Of a DNA stretch of 64,000 nt, positions 1 to 12,975 are shown piece by piece (the stretch's first letter is position 1; each line of letters opens with the position of its first letter). The position numbers were made by a program, and so were the translations under genes. Source of the DNA: Octopus sinensis (Eukaryota); assembly GCF_006345805.1 (NCBI RefSeq), contig NC_043003.1:108810001-108874000 (forward strand). The letters run 5' to 3'. The notes beneath the pieces were generated by a model. It was not told where the DNA came from, searched no databases, and saw only the letters and a program-made list of their open reading frames with translations.

Positions 1-117
1 TGAGACCACACATTGAAACTGAACAAAGCACAAGACTGCTGGTTACCGGTACAAATAATGCACTGCATGCAGATTAAATTGCGTCTCTCCTCCTCCTCCT
101 CTCATTGTTTCACGTAG

Positions 118-128
118 GAAACAATGTG
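118..128 (+). CDS. Candidate 11-nt microexon of an unidentified plus-strand gene at the left edge
   Basis: Long pyrimidine tract ending ...cattgtttcacgtAG, then GAAACAATGTG, then a consensus donor GTGAGT. Frame cannot be fixed. Confidence 0.35.
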
Positions 129-849
129 GTGAGTGCCAGAAAACATGCACTAATTGCTCATGCAAAACCAACAGTGTGCATGATTAATAACCGCTTTGTT
201 TCTGTATGATTACTTTGATAACAGCTTGTAGGATACTTCAACATATGCATGCATGCATATGCACACAGACAGACAGATATACATATGAACAAACATATGC
301 ACACACATATATTCATGCAGCCACACACACACATACATGCCCACAACCATATATATATATATGCACATGCAGACACCTTCGCATGCACATGGACACACAT
401 ATGTGCGCGCACACATATATGATGCTTAGAAGCATTTAGGGTGTTAGTAATTTAGCAATTGCTTGTCTCATCTATAAATTGGATATCAAAAATAAAAGAA
501 TAAATATATACATAAACTACACAAAAACAAACAAAACCAAAAAAAAGAGCAGCGGGCGAGAAGTGATTTAAAATTACAAAAGACAAATAACTAATGTTCT
601 TAATAAGCATTTGACTGTTTGTATTTTATACACTTTACATTAATTTGTCATTATCAACCATTTACAAGAACAAAAAGAACAAAAGATAACAAAAAAGAGA
701 TAAATGAAAACAAACACATGCAATAGTATTTCAGTTTGTGCTAATTCTGTAATGGTTTTAACAGTCTGGCTTTTAGCATTAACACTGTTATTTGACAACT
801 TTTATCCCCATTAGTATTCTCCATTATTTTTATTGTTATTATTATTATT

Positions 850-1925
850 ACTGTTTTGGTGGTGAACTGGCAGAACCGTTGGAACATCAGACTAAATGTT
901 TAGTGGCATTTTCTCTGTCTTTACATTTTCATTTCAAATTCCGCCAATGTCGACTTTGCCTTTCATCTCTTCGGGATCGATAAAATAAGTACCAGTTGAG
1001 CACTGGGAGCGATGAATCTACTTAATCTTTCCCCACCAAATTTGCTGGTCGTGGGCCAAATTTTGAAACCAATTATTACTAAGTGGTGAGTTTGCAGAAT
1101 CATTAGCATGATGAACAAAATGCTCAGTGGCATTTCGTCTGTCTGTATGTCCTCAGTTCAAATTCCACTGAGGTGGATTTAGCCTTTCATCTCTTTCGGG
1201 GCTGATAAAATAAGTACCAGTTGAGCATTGGGTTCAATGTAATTGACTAATTCCTTTCCCTAAAATTGCTGGCCTTGTTCCAAAATTCAAACCATTATTA
1301 TTATTATTATTATTATTAAGGCAGTGAGGTGGCAGAATTGTTAGCGCACTGGATGAAATGCTTAGCAATATTTCACCAGTCGCTATGTTCTAAGTTCAAA
1401 TTCAACTGAGGTTGACTTTGCTTTTCATCCTTTTGCAGTCAATAAATTAAGTACCAGTTGAACACTGGGGTTGATGTAATCAACTCATCCCCTTCCCCAA
1501 AATTACTGCCCTTGTAGTAAAATTTGAACCCATTATTATTATTGAGGTGACAAGTTGACAGAATCGATTGTTAAGTCAAGTGAAATGCTTAGAAGCATTT
1601 CTTCTGACATTATATTCTTAGTTCAAATGCTGTTGCCGTCGACTTTGTCCTTCAGCCTTTAAGGGTTAATAAACTAAGTCCTAATTGATCTCTGGGGTCA
1701 ATGTAATTGTTCTACCCCCTCCTCTGACCTTGCTGGCCTTGAGCCAAAATTTTAAGCTATTCTTATTACCGAGGTAGTCGTTAATGCATTGCACAAAAAA
1801 ATTAGTGACATTTCTTCCACCTCTTTACATACAGATTTCCAATTTCCCAGTCAATTACTGGGGCTGATATATCTGATTAATCCTTTCTCCCAAATCTTTC
1901 TGGCCTTAAGCCAAAATTTGATACC
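850..1925 (+). mobile_element. Head-to-tail array of about 5 diverged tRNA-type SINE copies (family A here) separated by (ATT)n
   Basis: Repeated A-box-like TGGCAGAAT..TTAG, B-box-like GTTCAAATTCC and body CTTTCATCC...AAGTACCAGTTGAGCACTGGG, with ATT runs between units. Confidence 0.85.
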
Positions 1926-3209
1926 ATTATCATTATTACTGTTACTGCAGAAAAAGGAAATCTGATAGATGATAAATAAACCCAAGGAATGTAAAGGTTA
2001 CAGCACTTCACTAGAAAGTAGATATCTTTCTCTTCCATTCGCCCTATCCCCCGGCACACACACACAGCCAACATGCCTTTCTGACCACAGTTACTGTTAT
2101 CACTGACAGAAAAATAGAAACCAAGTTTCAACTTTTGACATTGTGAGATCAAACTGCACCACAATTAACTTTGCCTTTAATCTGTCCATGGTTAACAAAA
2201 TAAGAACGGACTCTCTTTGTGGATCTAAGTATTAAAAAAACAGGAAAGAAAAAAAGAGAAAGAAGGAGGGTATTGCAGGGCTAAAATCAGTTTTATAAAC
2301 CTGGCTTCTTATACTGCTCCTACTAAGATATATCTTTATTGTCAAACCTCACAGGATTACAAAAACAATTTTGTTTTTACTGCTAGAATAAAAAGAAAAA
2401 AGGATAACCAATCAGTTTATAGGTGTAACATAGGTGCTACAGCATGGTCGCAAACAAATGATTGAAATCAATAAATAAAGTATAAAACATGAGAATTAGT
2501 AATTTATCTCATTCAATCTAATTTTTTTTTTTTTTGTTTTGCATGGAGATATTGATTTTGAAATGTATTGACACGACCTGTGATTTGGGAAACTACTGGT
2601 AGTGCTTCTAGCATTAAAAAGTGACTTTTCCCTATAGCAACTTCAAGGGAATGGTGAGTCCGTGAAAAGAATTGGACATAGGCATGGCTGTGTGGTTAAG
2701 AACTTGGCATTGCAAACCCACATGACTCTGGCTTCAACTCCACCAATGGTGACACCTTATGCAAATGTCATCCACAATAGCCTCAAGTTGGCCAATATTT
2801 TTTTAGTTGAATTTAATAGACAAAAACTGTACAGAAGCTTGTCATATGCATACTTTTACTTGTTTCAGTCATTTAACTGTGGCCATACTGGAGCACTGCT
2901 TTTAGTCGAGCAAATCAACCCCCAGTACTTATTCTTTGTAAGCCTGGTACTTATTCTATCAGTCTCTTTTGCCAAACCACCAAGTTACAGAGACATAATC
3001 ACACCAACACCAGTTGTCAAGCGATGGTTGGGGGACAAACACAAACACACAAATTTCAAATGCAGTATAGCTATGAAAATAGCTGAGCACGATTGGCTAT
3101 TTAGCCTTAGAAGACAGAAGTTACCAGAAGGTGGCTATGGAGAATCAAATTCCATACCTAACAGATACCAGCTGAGTCCTCTGTACCATGAAGCTAAGCA
3201 AAATGCTCC

Positions 3210-3252
<43 letters not shown>

Positions 3253-3685
3253 ACCTACTACACTCTCAGAGTGGTTGGCATTAGGAAGGGGATCCTTGCC
3301 AAATCAGCCCGCTGGCTTACCAGTTTTCAGTCAAACCATCCAACCCATGCCAGCATGGAAAGCAGACATTAAAGATGATGATGATGACACATACACACAC
3401 ACATATATAGGTGCAGGCATGGCTGTGTGGTAAGAAACTGCATGGCACCCTGGGCAAGTGTCTTCTACTATGGCCTCAGGCTGACCAAAGCCTTGTGAGT
3501 GGATTTGGTAGACGGAAACTGAAAAAAGATGACATGGAGAAGCTCATCCAGTCATAGAAACCATTCCAAAATAGAGTATGCTGCAGTCTAATTGGTTGAC
3601 CCACATTAAGCATGGATGATGGATGTTAAATGATGGTTGGATGAACAGGAGATTTAAATATTTTGGCTATGTGTGGTTAAAACAC

Positions 3686-3965
3686 ATGGCTTAGTGGTTA
3701 GGGTATTAGCCTTATGATTTTTACAGTGAAGGGTTCGATATCCATTGGTGTGTTGCATCCTTGGCCAAGACACTTTATTTCATGTTACACCAGTGAAAAA
3801 TGAATGGTATCTGTATTTCAAAATGCCAGTTTTGGCACACTGCAGCTCCCCAAGAACTACATTAAGAGTACATATGACTGTGGAGTGCTCAACCACTTGC
3901 ATGTTAATTTCATGAGCAGGCTGTTCTGCTGATCAGATCAACAGGAGCCCTTATAACCAACGGAA
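3686..3965 (+). mobile_element. tRNA-derived SINE, family C here (related copies at about 13560-13870, 39378-39740, 20990-21270, 26015-26330)
   Basis: TGGCTTAGTGGTTAGGG A-box, GGTTCGAT B-box and shared body GTGGAGTGCTCAGCCACTTGC...GAGCAGGCTGTTC. Confidence 0.8.
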
Positions 3966-4278
3966 TGCCAGTTTTTTTTTTCCCCCCCTTTTCGTTTAGT
4001 AATGTGTATCAATAAAGAATGTAACCATTGGAAGAAAGGTGGTATCCCTCAAAGTCCTCTGCAATGAGTTACAGATACTTCCTTGTCATTCATGCAGTTA
4101 AAATACGGTAAATTTCTGACTGGCACATTGAAGGTCTGTAAACAATGATGCTATCATTTAGAAATTGCATAATTAAAAAATTAAAAAATATAAAAAAAAA
4201 AAAATTATTTGTGGTTTACTTTCTATACTGTCCTTTGTCAAAACTTCATTATTATTGTTAATTTTTTCTCTTTCCAAG

Positions 4279-4319
4279 TAGAAAATTTGAAATATGTTGG
4301 GCCCAAAGAACAGCTGAAG
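4279..4319 (+). CDS. Candidate internal exon (x)ENLKYVGPKEQLK of the plus-strand gene
   Basis: Acceptor attttttctctttccaAG, 41 nt open in phase 1 to 0, donor AAG|GTTTAT (moderate). Confidence 0.4.
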
Positions 4320-7263
4320 GTTTATGCATTCCCTTGCAATATCCCATACCATAATATTTAACTACATTCATTTATAGATAAGCATGTGTTGATTGTGGTT
4401 ATATGCCATGAAGAAATCTTTCAACAAATAACAAAACCAGAAAGCTTTAAAATTATCTCCAGTTTCATTATTCATCAATGCTATTATTAAATGAAGATAT
4501 ATCTGAAATTGACTTTCAGATTTTTCTCTTTCCATTTCTTTCCTCTTCACATCAATTTAATATACATACAAACATTCATACATATTTATAGAAATACACA
4601 GTAGATTGATGGATTCTCTGATTATCAGTATGAGTAAAATGACACACGTATGCATCTGTATGTGTCTATATATGCCTACACACACACACACACACACAAT
4701 TATTAATGAATTCACTTGGCATTTGTGTGTGAGTATGCATCTACTTATGCACAATTGTTAATCAACGCACTGGCATAGAAATGCATGCATACACGATGCC
4801 GTATTGCAGTTTCAATCATAATAAGATTGAAATTAAAAGAGGCTTTTACATTCATATTGCCATATAAAATCCATAGGAGGTCAAATCTAGAGAGTATTGG
4901 ACTGTGAGCCAAAGATTTTATGACGCCTATCCACTCTTTGCAACTGTAGTTTATACACAGTCAGTACACTTAGCACTTGCAAGTTTCATTCACATAACTG
5001 AAGATAGTTGCCAATTATGTGTACAGTTTATTAATGCAAGCATCAAGATCAACACCATCGTCACCATTTTTATATTCATTTTTTTTCCATGCTGCCATGT
5101 GTTGGACTACACTTTTTGAAGCAGTATTCTAAGGATGGCTGCCATTCTTGGTGCCAGCCCTCGTTTTCGAACCAGATGCATTTTATTCCAATTCCTCAAA
5201 TGTTGACCTCTAGGGTTCTTGTTTTTACAGGACATGAGTCACCACTGCCAAAGTCATCTCAAAAGCAAACACATGGAGAAACACACACAACAAGCTGCCA
5301 TAGAGATTCTGCACACCAAATTTCACTCACAAGGCATTAGTCCATCAGATGCTCTAGAAGAAGACTTTTGCCCAAGATGACATGCTATGAGATCAAACCC
5401 TAAACCACATAGTTACAAAGCAAACTTCTTAGCCCCTGGCTACACCTGTGCTTTGTATTATCAACAAATACAAAGAGGTGGCAAGAATCCTTAGCACAAT
5501 GGACAAAATGCCTGGTGGCCTTCATTCACCTTTACATTCTGAGTTCAAATTCCACCGAGGTTGACTTTGTTTTTCATCCTTTTGAGGTTGATAAAATAAG
5601 CAACAGTTGAGCACTGCTGGGGTCCATGTAAAAACATCCAGTCAAAAGATCTAATCCATTCCAGTACAGAAAGCGGATGTATATGAAGATGATGATGATA
5701 TAATTAATAACTGTATATATTGGAAGTTTTATACCCAATAAAATTGATTGTCACAAGCAATTTATTGAAGGCTTTAAGTTGAAAGCAAGATTATGGAATG
5801 AAAAGACACATTTTGGGGAGAAAAAGAGAAGCGTTGTATGTTTAATCTACATACTAATAAAATTTTCAGTAAAAACAAATGAAAAAAATAACAAAAACTT
5901 AAGCTTTTAATAAGATTCTTCATATTTTCCTAACTCAAAAGCATCAGCTTCCACCATTAGATTGCGTAAGAACATTTTTACTTTTTTAGGTAATATATCT
6001 ATCTTCATAATACCGTATTTTAGTGAAGCCATATTAGAAATATATTTGATAATTAACACAGAAGTTCTATACTGTTATTGACTAAAGTCTTTCATCAAAT
6101 ATTTGCTACCTGGTCACTGACATTCTACAGTGACTTTTTTCAATACTTAATAAAAAGAGGAATAAAAGAAACAATAACAAAAATGTGCTCAATACCAAAC
6201 AACTCTGTCCAAATACAATATACTTACAGATATTACAGACATGACTAGCCTTTTATTTGTTTCAGTGATTTGACTGTGGCCATACAAGGTTTTTTTTTAG
6301 TTTTAAAGTTGAACAAACCGACCCCAGGACTTATCTTTAAAGCCTAGCAATTATTTTATCAGTCTCTTTTGCCGAACCACTAAGTTACAGAGACATAAAC
6401 ACACCAACATTGGTTGTCAAGCAGTGGTGAGGGAACAAAGACAGACTGACACATATACGGCAGGCTTCTTTCAGTTTCCATCTACCAAATCCACTCACTA
6501 GGCTTTTGTCAAACCGAGGCCATAGCAGAGGACACTTGCTCAAGGTATCATGCAGTGGGATTGAACCTAGAACCATGTGGTTGGAAGCAAGCTTCTTACC
6601 ATACAGTCATGACTATGTTCAATTTTGATCAATTTTATTAAGGATTTTTCATATATCCTTATTAGTTCTTTATTTAGAATAAGATTCTTCCTAAATCCAT
6701 TAACATTTTGAAACCTTCAGTCCCATCACTGGAATAGTGATAGTAAGTAATGGTGTGTTGTTTATACCCTTTGCTGAAAGTTGCAAAGGATCATGGTAAT
6801 ACTTGATATCAATGGCAAACTCAACAATGCCAGTTTAAACATTTTTACAATGGCAATTCCTGATGGTGGAGGCATGTGACTTAGTGGTTAGGGTGTTGGA
6901 CCCATGATCGTAAGATTGTGGTTTCAATTCCTGGACCAGGTTATGCATTGTGTTCTTGAGCAAAACACTTCATTTCACATTGTTCCAGTCCACTCAGCTG
7001 TAGAAATGAGCTCAGCCTGGATACACTTCATGGCTGCAGTGCCCCAAGGGGTTAAGGGACTTGTCAATTGTCAATTCCTAATGATGAGGGCGTGGAGGTC
7101 TTGAAACATTGAGGAAATAAATGTTATCATTCATTAATAAAGAAGATCAAAGCTGAACATAGTTGTGTCTTAATATAACAATTTACATCTTTGAGGAAAA
7201 AATGCTATTTCTTGCTGACATGTATGCATATATATATATGTGTGTGTGTCTACACACACACAC

Positions 7264-7298
<35 letters not shown>

Positions 7299-8122
7299 AT
7301 GTTTCAACAACTGGTTTCATTTGAAATCGCTAGCCAGATATATACAAAAATGGCCTATTTTGTATACCGAACAGAATCTAATTTCCAAAATGCTACACAG
7401 ACAAAATATCAATTCTGACATTGTTTCATGCCTCTTTAACATAGAAAATGTTTCCAAAAGCAATAAAATAAAATAAAATTAACAAAAAAGAAAAAAAAAA
7501 TTATTATCCAAATGTCACAATTATTACAATCTTTTCTTCTTTTCAATAAGTTAACTGGATGGCAGTTAAATTGGAATGTTAATTTAGCTTAAAATAATAA
7601 AGTATAGAAAATAAAGATATGATTAAAAAAAAAACGAAGGGAAGATAAATGCAAAGGAAATTACGACAGAAATTTAATTAAAGTGAAGATATATACATTT
7701 TTTTTTACTTCAAGATAATTGAGAAATGAAGAAACAGCAACAAAGATGCTAACAACATTGATAATAGTTTTAACAATTACTGTAAAGGAAATAATGATGG
7801 TGATGAGCTGTAATTTAGGCACAAAGCCAGCAATTTTGAAGGGAGGTGGTTTTTCAGGATTAAAGAAACAAAGTTACAAATTTGTTGACAGATTCTTTCT
7901 GGGTAGAAGAAGATTGGCTGAGGGGTGGGCGGGGGCGGGGGGAATGGACTCAGGTGGAATGTTAACCGAGTATATCAAGAGATGAAAGGAAACAGCACAA
8001 GACAACACTGTTAATTCTTCCTCTCCCTAACAATAACAGTAAGATGATTTCTCTTAACTAAAAACAATACTTATTTTTCTCTAGCCAGTGAGTAGTGTGT
8101 GTGTGTGTGTATATATATATAT

Positions 8123-8159
<37 letters not shown>

Positions 8160-11104
8160 TTGAATCCATCCCAGTATATCAATCCACATAATAATTTCTA
8201 CAATCAGCACAGGACCTGAGATGCTGAGGGAGGGAACCAGTTGATTACACTGACCAAAGTCCTTGAGTGGTACTTATTTCATCAACCCCATAAAGATGAA
8301 AGGCAAAGTTGGCCTGAATGGGATTTGAACTTGGAATATTAAGGGTTGGAAGAAATGCTGCTAAGTATTTTGTCTGAAGTGCTAATGTTTCTGCCAGTTA
8401 CCTATGACAATGAAAAGCAACGGAATTCAAACCAGTGTGATTTGATCTAAAACTAACCATTGGGTGCAGCAGGAAAACCTATATTTTAAATGGGTATCAT
8501 TGCATTGCTTTTGAAGTCATGCAGCTAATAATGGAGTCGTGTAGTTGAATATTTTACCTATTTGGGTTTATTTATTTTTAAAAAAGTTTCCGTCAAGGTT
8601 TAGTCCAGTGCGTCTTGTATGCCTTTGCTGATTAACTTGAAATGTTTATCAAGAATGGTAAGTTTTTTTTTTTTTTGTTTTTATCACTCCCTGTATTTTT
8701 AAACAATTCAATAAACCACCCATTTCAACTGGTTGAATGCATTGATTTTAGGGATAATTCACTAAGAACTGGTTAGAGCCAGGACAACATTATCATCATC
8801 ATTTTAATAATCACTCATCCAATCTTACATGGGTTAAATGGAATTCATTGAGGCAGATTTTCTACGGCCAGATGCTCTCCTTGTCATCAAAGCTCACTTG
8901 CTTCCAGGCAAGGTAACAGTTCTCCATGGCCTGATATTTTTCCAAAGAAAATTGAAAATGAATGATACCACCTGTACAAAGGTAGCACTCATTTAAAACT
9001 GTTACACAGTATTTAAGCAATGATGTGCACAGGCACACACAGATACATGACTGGCCTCTTTCAGTTTCCATCTACCAAATCCCCTTACAAGGCTCTGATT
9101 AACCAGGGGCTAAAGCAGTAAAAAAAAACTTGCTCAAGGTGTCATGCAGTGGGATTGAACTTGAAACCATGTGATTGGGAAGCAAACTTCTAAACCACAT
9201 GTCAGTGTTTTGCTACATGATTTTTTATCCTCTCCATTCAGTAAAATTGATCCTTGCAGGAATTGAACTCAGAATCAAGGGAGGAAAACTGAATTTACTA
9301 AACAAAATGCATTAAAGAATTTCAATGTTCTTAAAATAAATCACAAGCTCAGGCCAAATATCTTGGAATTGTATTACAAAGGATACAAATGAGATCGTGT
9401 GACATTCATATGATCTCAAGGGCATTAGTAAAGATATAAAAATAAAATATAAAAAAAAAAAAAGATAAGACAGTGAAGCTTAAAGTTTGATAAAGATGAA
9501 TAAAGAAAAATTTTTTCTTTCAAACCACAACTGATCAGAAAGATTTTTTAAAAATTTTAAAATGAGTTGCATTGATTAAGAGAGTATAATATAAATAATA
9601 CTTTTTTGTAAATAATGAAAAGAATATAAACAAAAAAAAAAACCCAATTTCTTCTTCAGTAAGGTGTGTGTGTGTGTGTGATTTTTTGAAGGGGAAAAAA
9701 ATTGAAACTTCTTGTAGGCTTTCTGCAAGATGTTTATTTTTTTTATTGATTCTCATCAAACAGCAGCAACGACACAAATGTTTTCTCTAACAACATTGGA
9801 ATAGACACGAAATGAAAAGAAAATCATGAAAGGTGAAACAAGATAAAATAAAACTGATCATCATGATAGATGGAGAAGGAATGCAACTGCAAATGATTAT
9901 ATATATATGTGTGTGTGTGTGTATACAGACACACACACACACACACAGTTTTAACATCCGTTTTTCTATGCCTGTAAGAGTCGGATGGTTTCAAATAATT
10001 GTTTCAAATCTTAGCACAAGACCAGCAAGCTCAAGAAAATTGGTGGTTAAGTCGATTACATCAACTCTAGTGCTCATCTGGTACTTATTAACCTTGGAAG
10101 GATGAAAGGCAAAGTTGACTTTCATGGAATTTGAACTCAGAATATAAAGACGAGCAAAATGCTTAGCAGCATTTTGCCTGGTATGCTAACGATTCTGCCA
10201 GCACACTGCCTTAATAATAATAATAATAATAATAACTAGCTGGACCTGTGAAAAATTCACGGAAAACATAAATTGTAAATTGTGTGCTGGTGCCATGAGA
10301 AATGTTTCTATATTGTGACAGAATGCAGAAAGAAGTGTAAAAACCGATAACTATATAATCCAACCAAAATATCTCAGTTATGCAAACATAAACAGAATTA
10401 CTTTTAGACTTAAAATACATCAGACATATTCTAAGAACCTTCTTGGTTTAGCGGTACGGAATGTTCTTCTGTTATTCTTTTACCAGTAGAAGACACTCTT
10501 TAAAGTATAGAGTTGAATTTCGTGTAGCCACCTGTTGGCAACTTTTCTCCCCCACCCATTTTGTAGGGGGTATTATCCATTTCTATAGGTTCTTTTCACG
10601 GCTATACCCCGTTCAAAATTTGCATTAGTTTTTGTATGAAAAAATAAAAAAGGGAGAGAGGCTTGTTTGTAGTTTGTAGAGAAAACGTTAAATGTGGCTG
10701 AAGAAAATATAGTCTTTCCCCAATAACAAAATGAACTATGAAAGAAGGTGAATAAGCACCGGGGGTGGGGGAAAGAAGAGAGAACTAACACTCGATTGTT
10801 CTAGAACTACCAGAATAAAAAGGCAAATACCTGAAAGACCTTCCCTCTATTCATTACTAAATGTCTTTCCCACTTCTTCATTGTTAAAAGTAAAGAAGCT
10901 AGAAAAGATTGATCGTATTTCAGTTTAAGGATCTGGTCTTTCTCATTTGCAAAATGAGCCCCCACTTAATTTTGCTCAGATCACTTTCAGTTTTGCTGTA
11001 TCGATGCAACTTTGAACTTTGATTACAATCAACCAATTACTTTATCTCGTAAATTAAAGAACCTGATGTTATTTGGCATTAAAGTTAGGAAATTTGGATA
11101 ATTT

Positions 11105-11153
11105 TAGCCAATCAACAGACAGCATGGCATTAGCAGCTTGTTACCATGACAAC
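11105..11153. promoter_or_regulatory. RFX X-box (GTTACCATGACAAC, 11140-11153) with a CCAAT box (agccaatca) about 30 bp upstream
   Basis: Exact match to the X-box consensus GTHNYY-AT-RRNAAC. It lies in a locally CpG-retaining 10.4-12.2 kb patch, with a second half-site (GTTGCCATG on minus) near 11930. Confidence 0.5.
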
Positions 11154-12544
11154 TGCACACGCTGCGTTCTGGTTCACTGTTGCCTATGTTGATTTTTCAC
11201 AATTCTTCACACTGCGAGATTCTTTTCACCTGCAGGTTTTGTTTTAATTTTTCTGTGTATTGGTATATTACATATTTTTCTGTGCTTTTGTTTTAGTACA
11301 TTTCTTTGCTTCTTTCTGTGTGTTAGTATTTTAAATACTAAGTCTCCCCCGCCCCACACACACACCCGACTTGGTTAGCTATCTACACCTGTTTATATTG
11401 GACACAAACTTGCATGAAGTACAGACATCTGCATGTTATTTAATATAGATCTCAGGAAAAACAGCCTTCTTATATTCAATGTGCTTGGTGACACTTTGTG
11501 GCACATATCATTATGGCAAACGTAAAACCACCTGTGATTGTATTATTATATATATTAATTACCAGGGTGACCCACGACTTAACTGGTTATATCGAGCATA
11601 AACTTACACAAAGTATAGGTGGGTGTGTACATGTGTGTTGTTTTATATAATTTCAGGGTGCGTTAATATATTTCTACATTTGGTAAGTTTTGTGGTACCC
11701 TGGTAGTACTTTTAACTGCATTGTTACATATATTAAATACCAAGGTTGCTCTCGATTTGGCTGGTTATCCAGGCCGGGTATATTGAACACAGACTTACAT
11801 AAAGTGCGTGTGTGTGTGTGAATGTCTGTATGAAGATATGGCTGAGGTGGAATTGTGTGATAATAATACATTTCTTAAATGAAGAAGAACACTCCATCGT
11901 GATTCTTCCATGTTTCTTTAACTCTATCATGGCAACGAAGCTTCTACGGAAGAAAACTTCCACAAAACCCAACGTCCAAAGTACATATAAACATTTTCTA
12001 CCATGAACAATATAAGTTATAAAAATATAGTTTTCTTTATTGTGCGTGTGCGAAAATCAAATAAACCCAAGAGCGATCTCTCCTCTCCACTTTTTCCTTC
12101 CTCGATCCAAAACAATTTTTTCCCTACCCACCGAAAAATTAAGTTTGAAAACAAATGTGTGTGTGTGTGTGTGTGTGTTTGTGTGTGTGCATGTGTGTGT
12201 TTCTTCCAACATAATATTGACTTTTTCAACATTTGGGTTTTTAAAACATTTCTCATTACCTTCATTTTTTAAAAGTATTTTTATTACAAATTAAGGTGAT
12301 TTTTTTTCCACCATTAATTAGTGTAAATATAATCAGTAATTCAGCATTAATAATAAAAGGTGTGTTGCTAATTAAGAACATTTCACAAAAACATAAGATA
12401 CAGGTATTTGTTTTCTTCGGAGAAATTCTTTGTTGACCAGTGTCATTCTTATCGTAGTTTATAAACTCAAGCATGGAAACTATACTCAACTTTGAAGTTT
12501 TTGAGACAATGGAATTTACCATGCTACGCCAGACCTCACGGTCC

Positions 12545-12975
12545 ATCATAGCATTACAGAGGTCCTGTTGCTGGATGCCTGTATCCCTGGAGATTACATC
12601 AGGATAGGAGAGTGTGCGCCCTCTGGTATCGCGAGCAGATGGCTTCCAGAGGAGAAGAGAAGAAATTACCTCGTTTTCAGCTCTACAACAATGTCCAGCA
12701 AACTGGACTTCTACCTTTCACAAGAGATGATACATGTGGTAGTTTCCCATATATTTGTACTTTGGTTGGATGACGCTTCCATGAGAGATTTTGAGCTCTC
12801 ATAAGGAGGCGAGTGTAAGATACCATCCAACTGCCTCTCAAGCTTCTTTGATAATGTCCAGGTTTCTGAGCCATATAGTAGAATTGGTTCGACTGTGGCT
12901 TTGAAGATTTTAAGTTTGAAATCTCTACTTAGATTTGATGAACAGATCTTATGCATATCATTACAAGCAACCAGG
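12545..12975 (-). mobile_element. Decayed RTE-clade LINE, C-terminal RT region
   Basis: Frameshifted translation KLKIFKATVEPILLYGSETWTLSKKLERQLDG / YTRLLMRAQNLSWKRHPT, typical of RTE ORF C-termini. Confidence 0.85.

Noticed and set aside
2662-3433. 236-aa and 81-aa ORFs
   Set aside because: Read through adjacent SINE copies and a GT microsatellite.
5905-6075. Protein-like 53-codon minus-strand frame ending ...FLRNLMVEADAFELGKYEESY*
   Set aside because: No good acceptor in frame and no recognisable family. It conflicts with plus-strand exon candidates nearby.
10831-10898. Minus-strand exon candidate (x)SLLLTMKKWERHLVMNRGKVFQ
   Set aside because: Splice sites are plausible, but I could not link it to any other convincing exon. 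Left as part of the promoter finding only.
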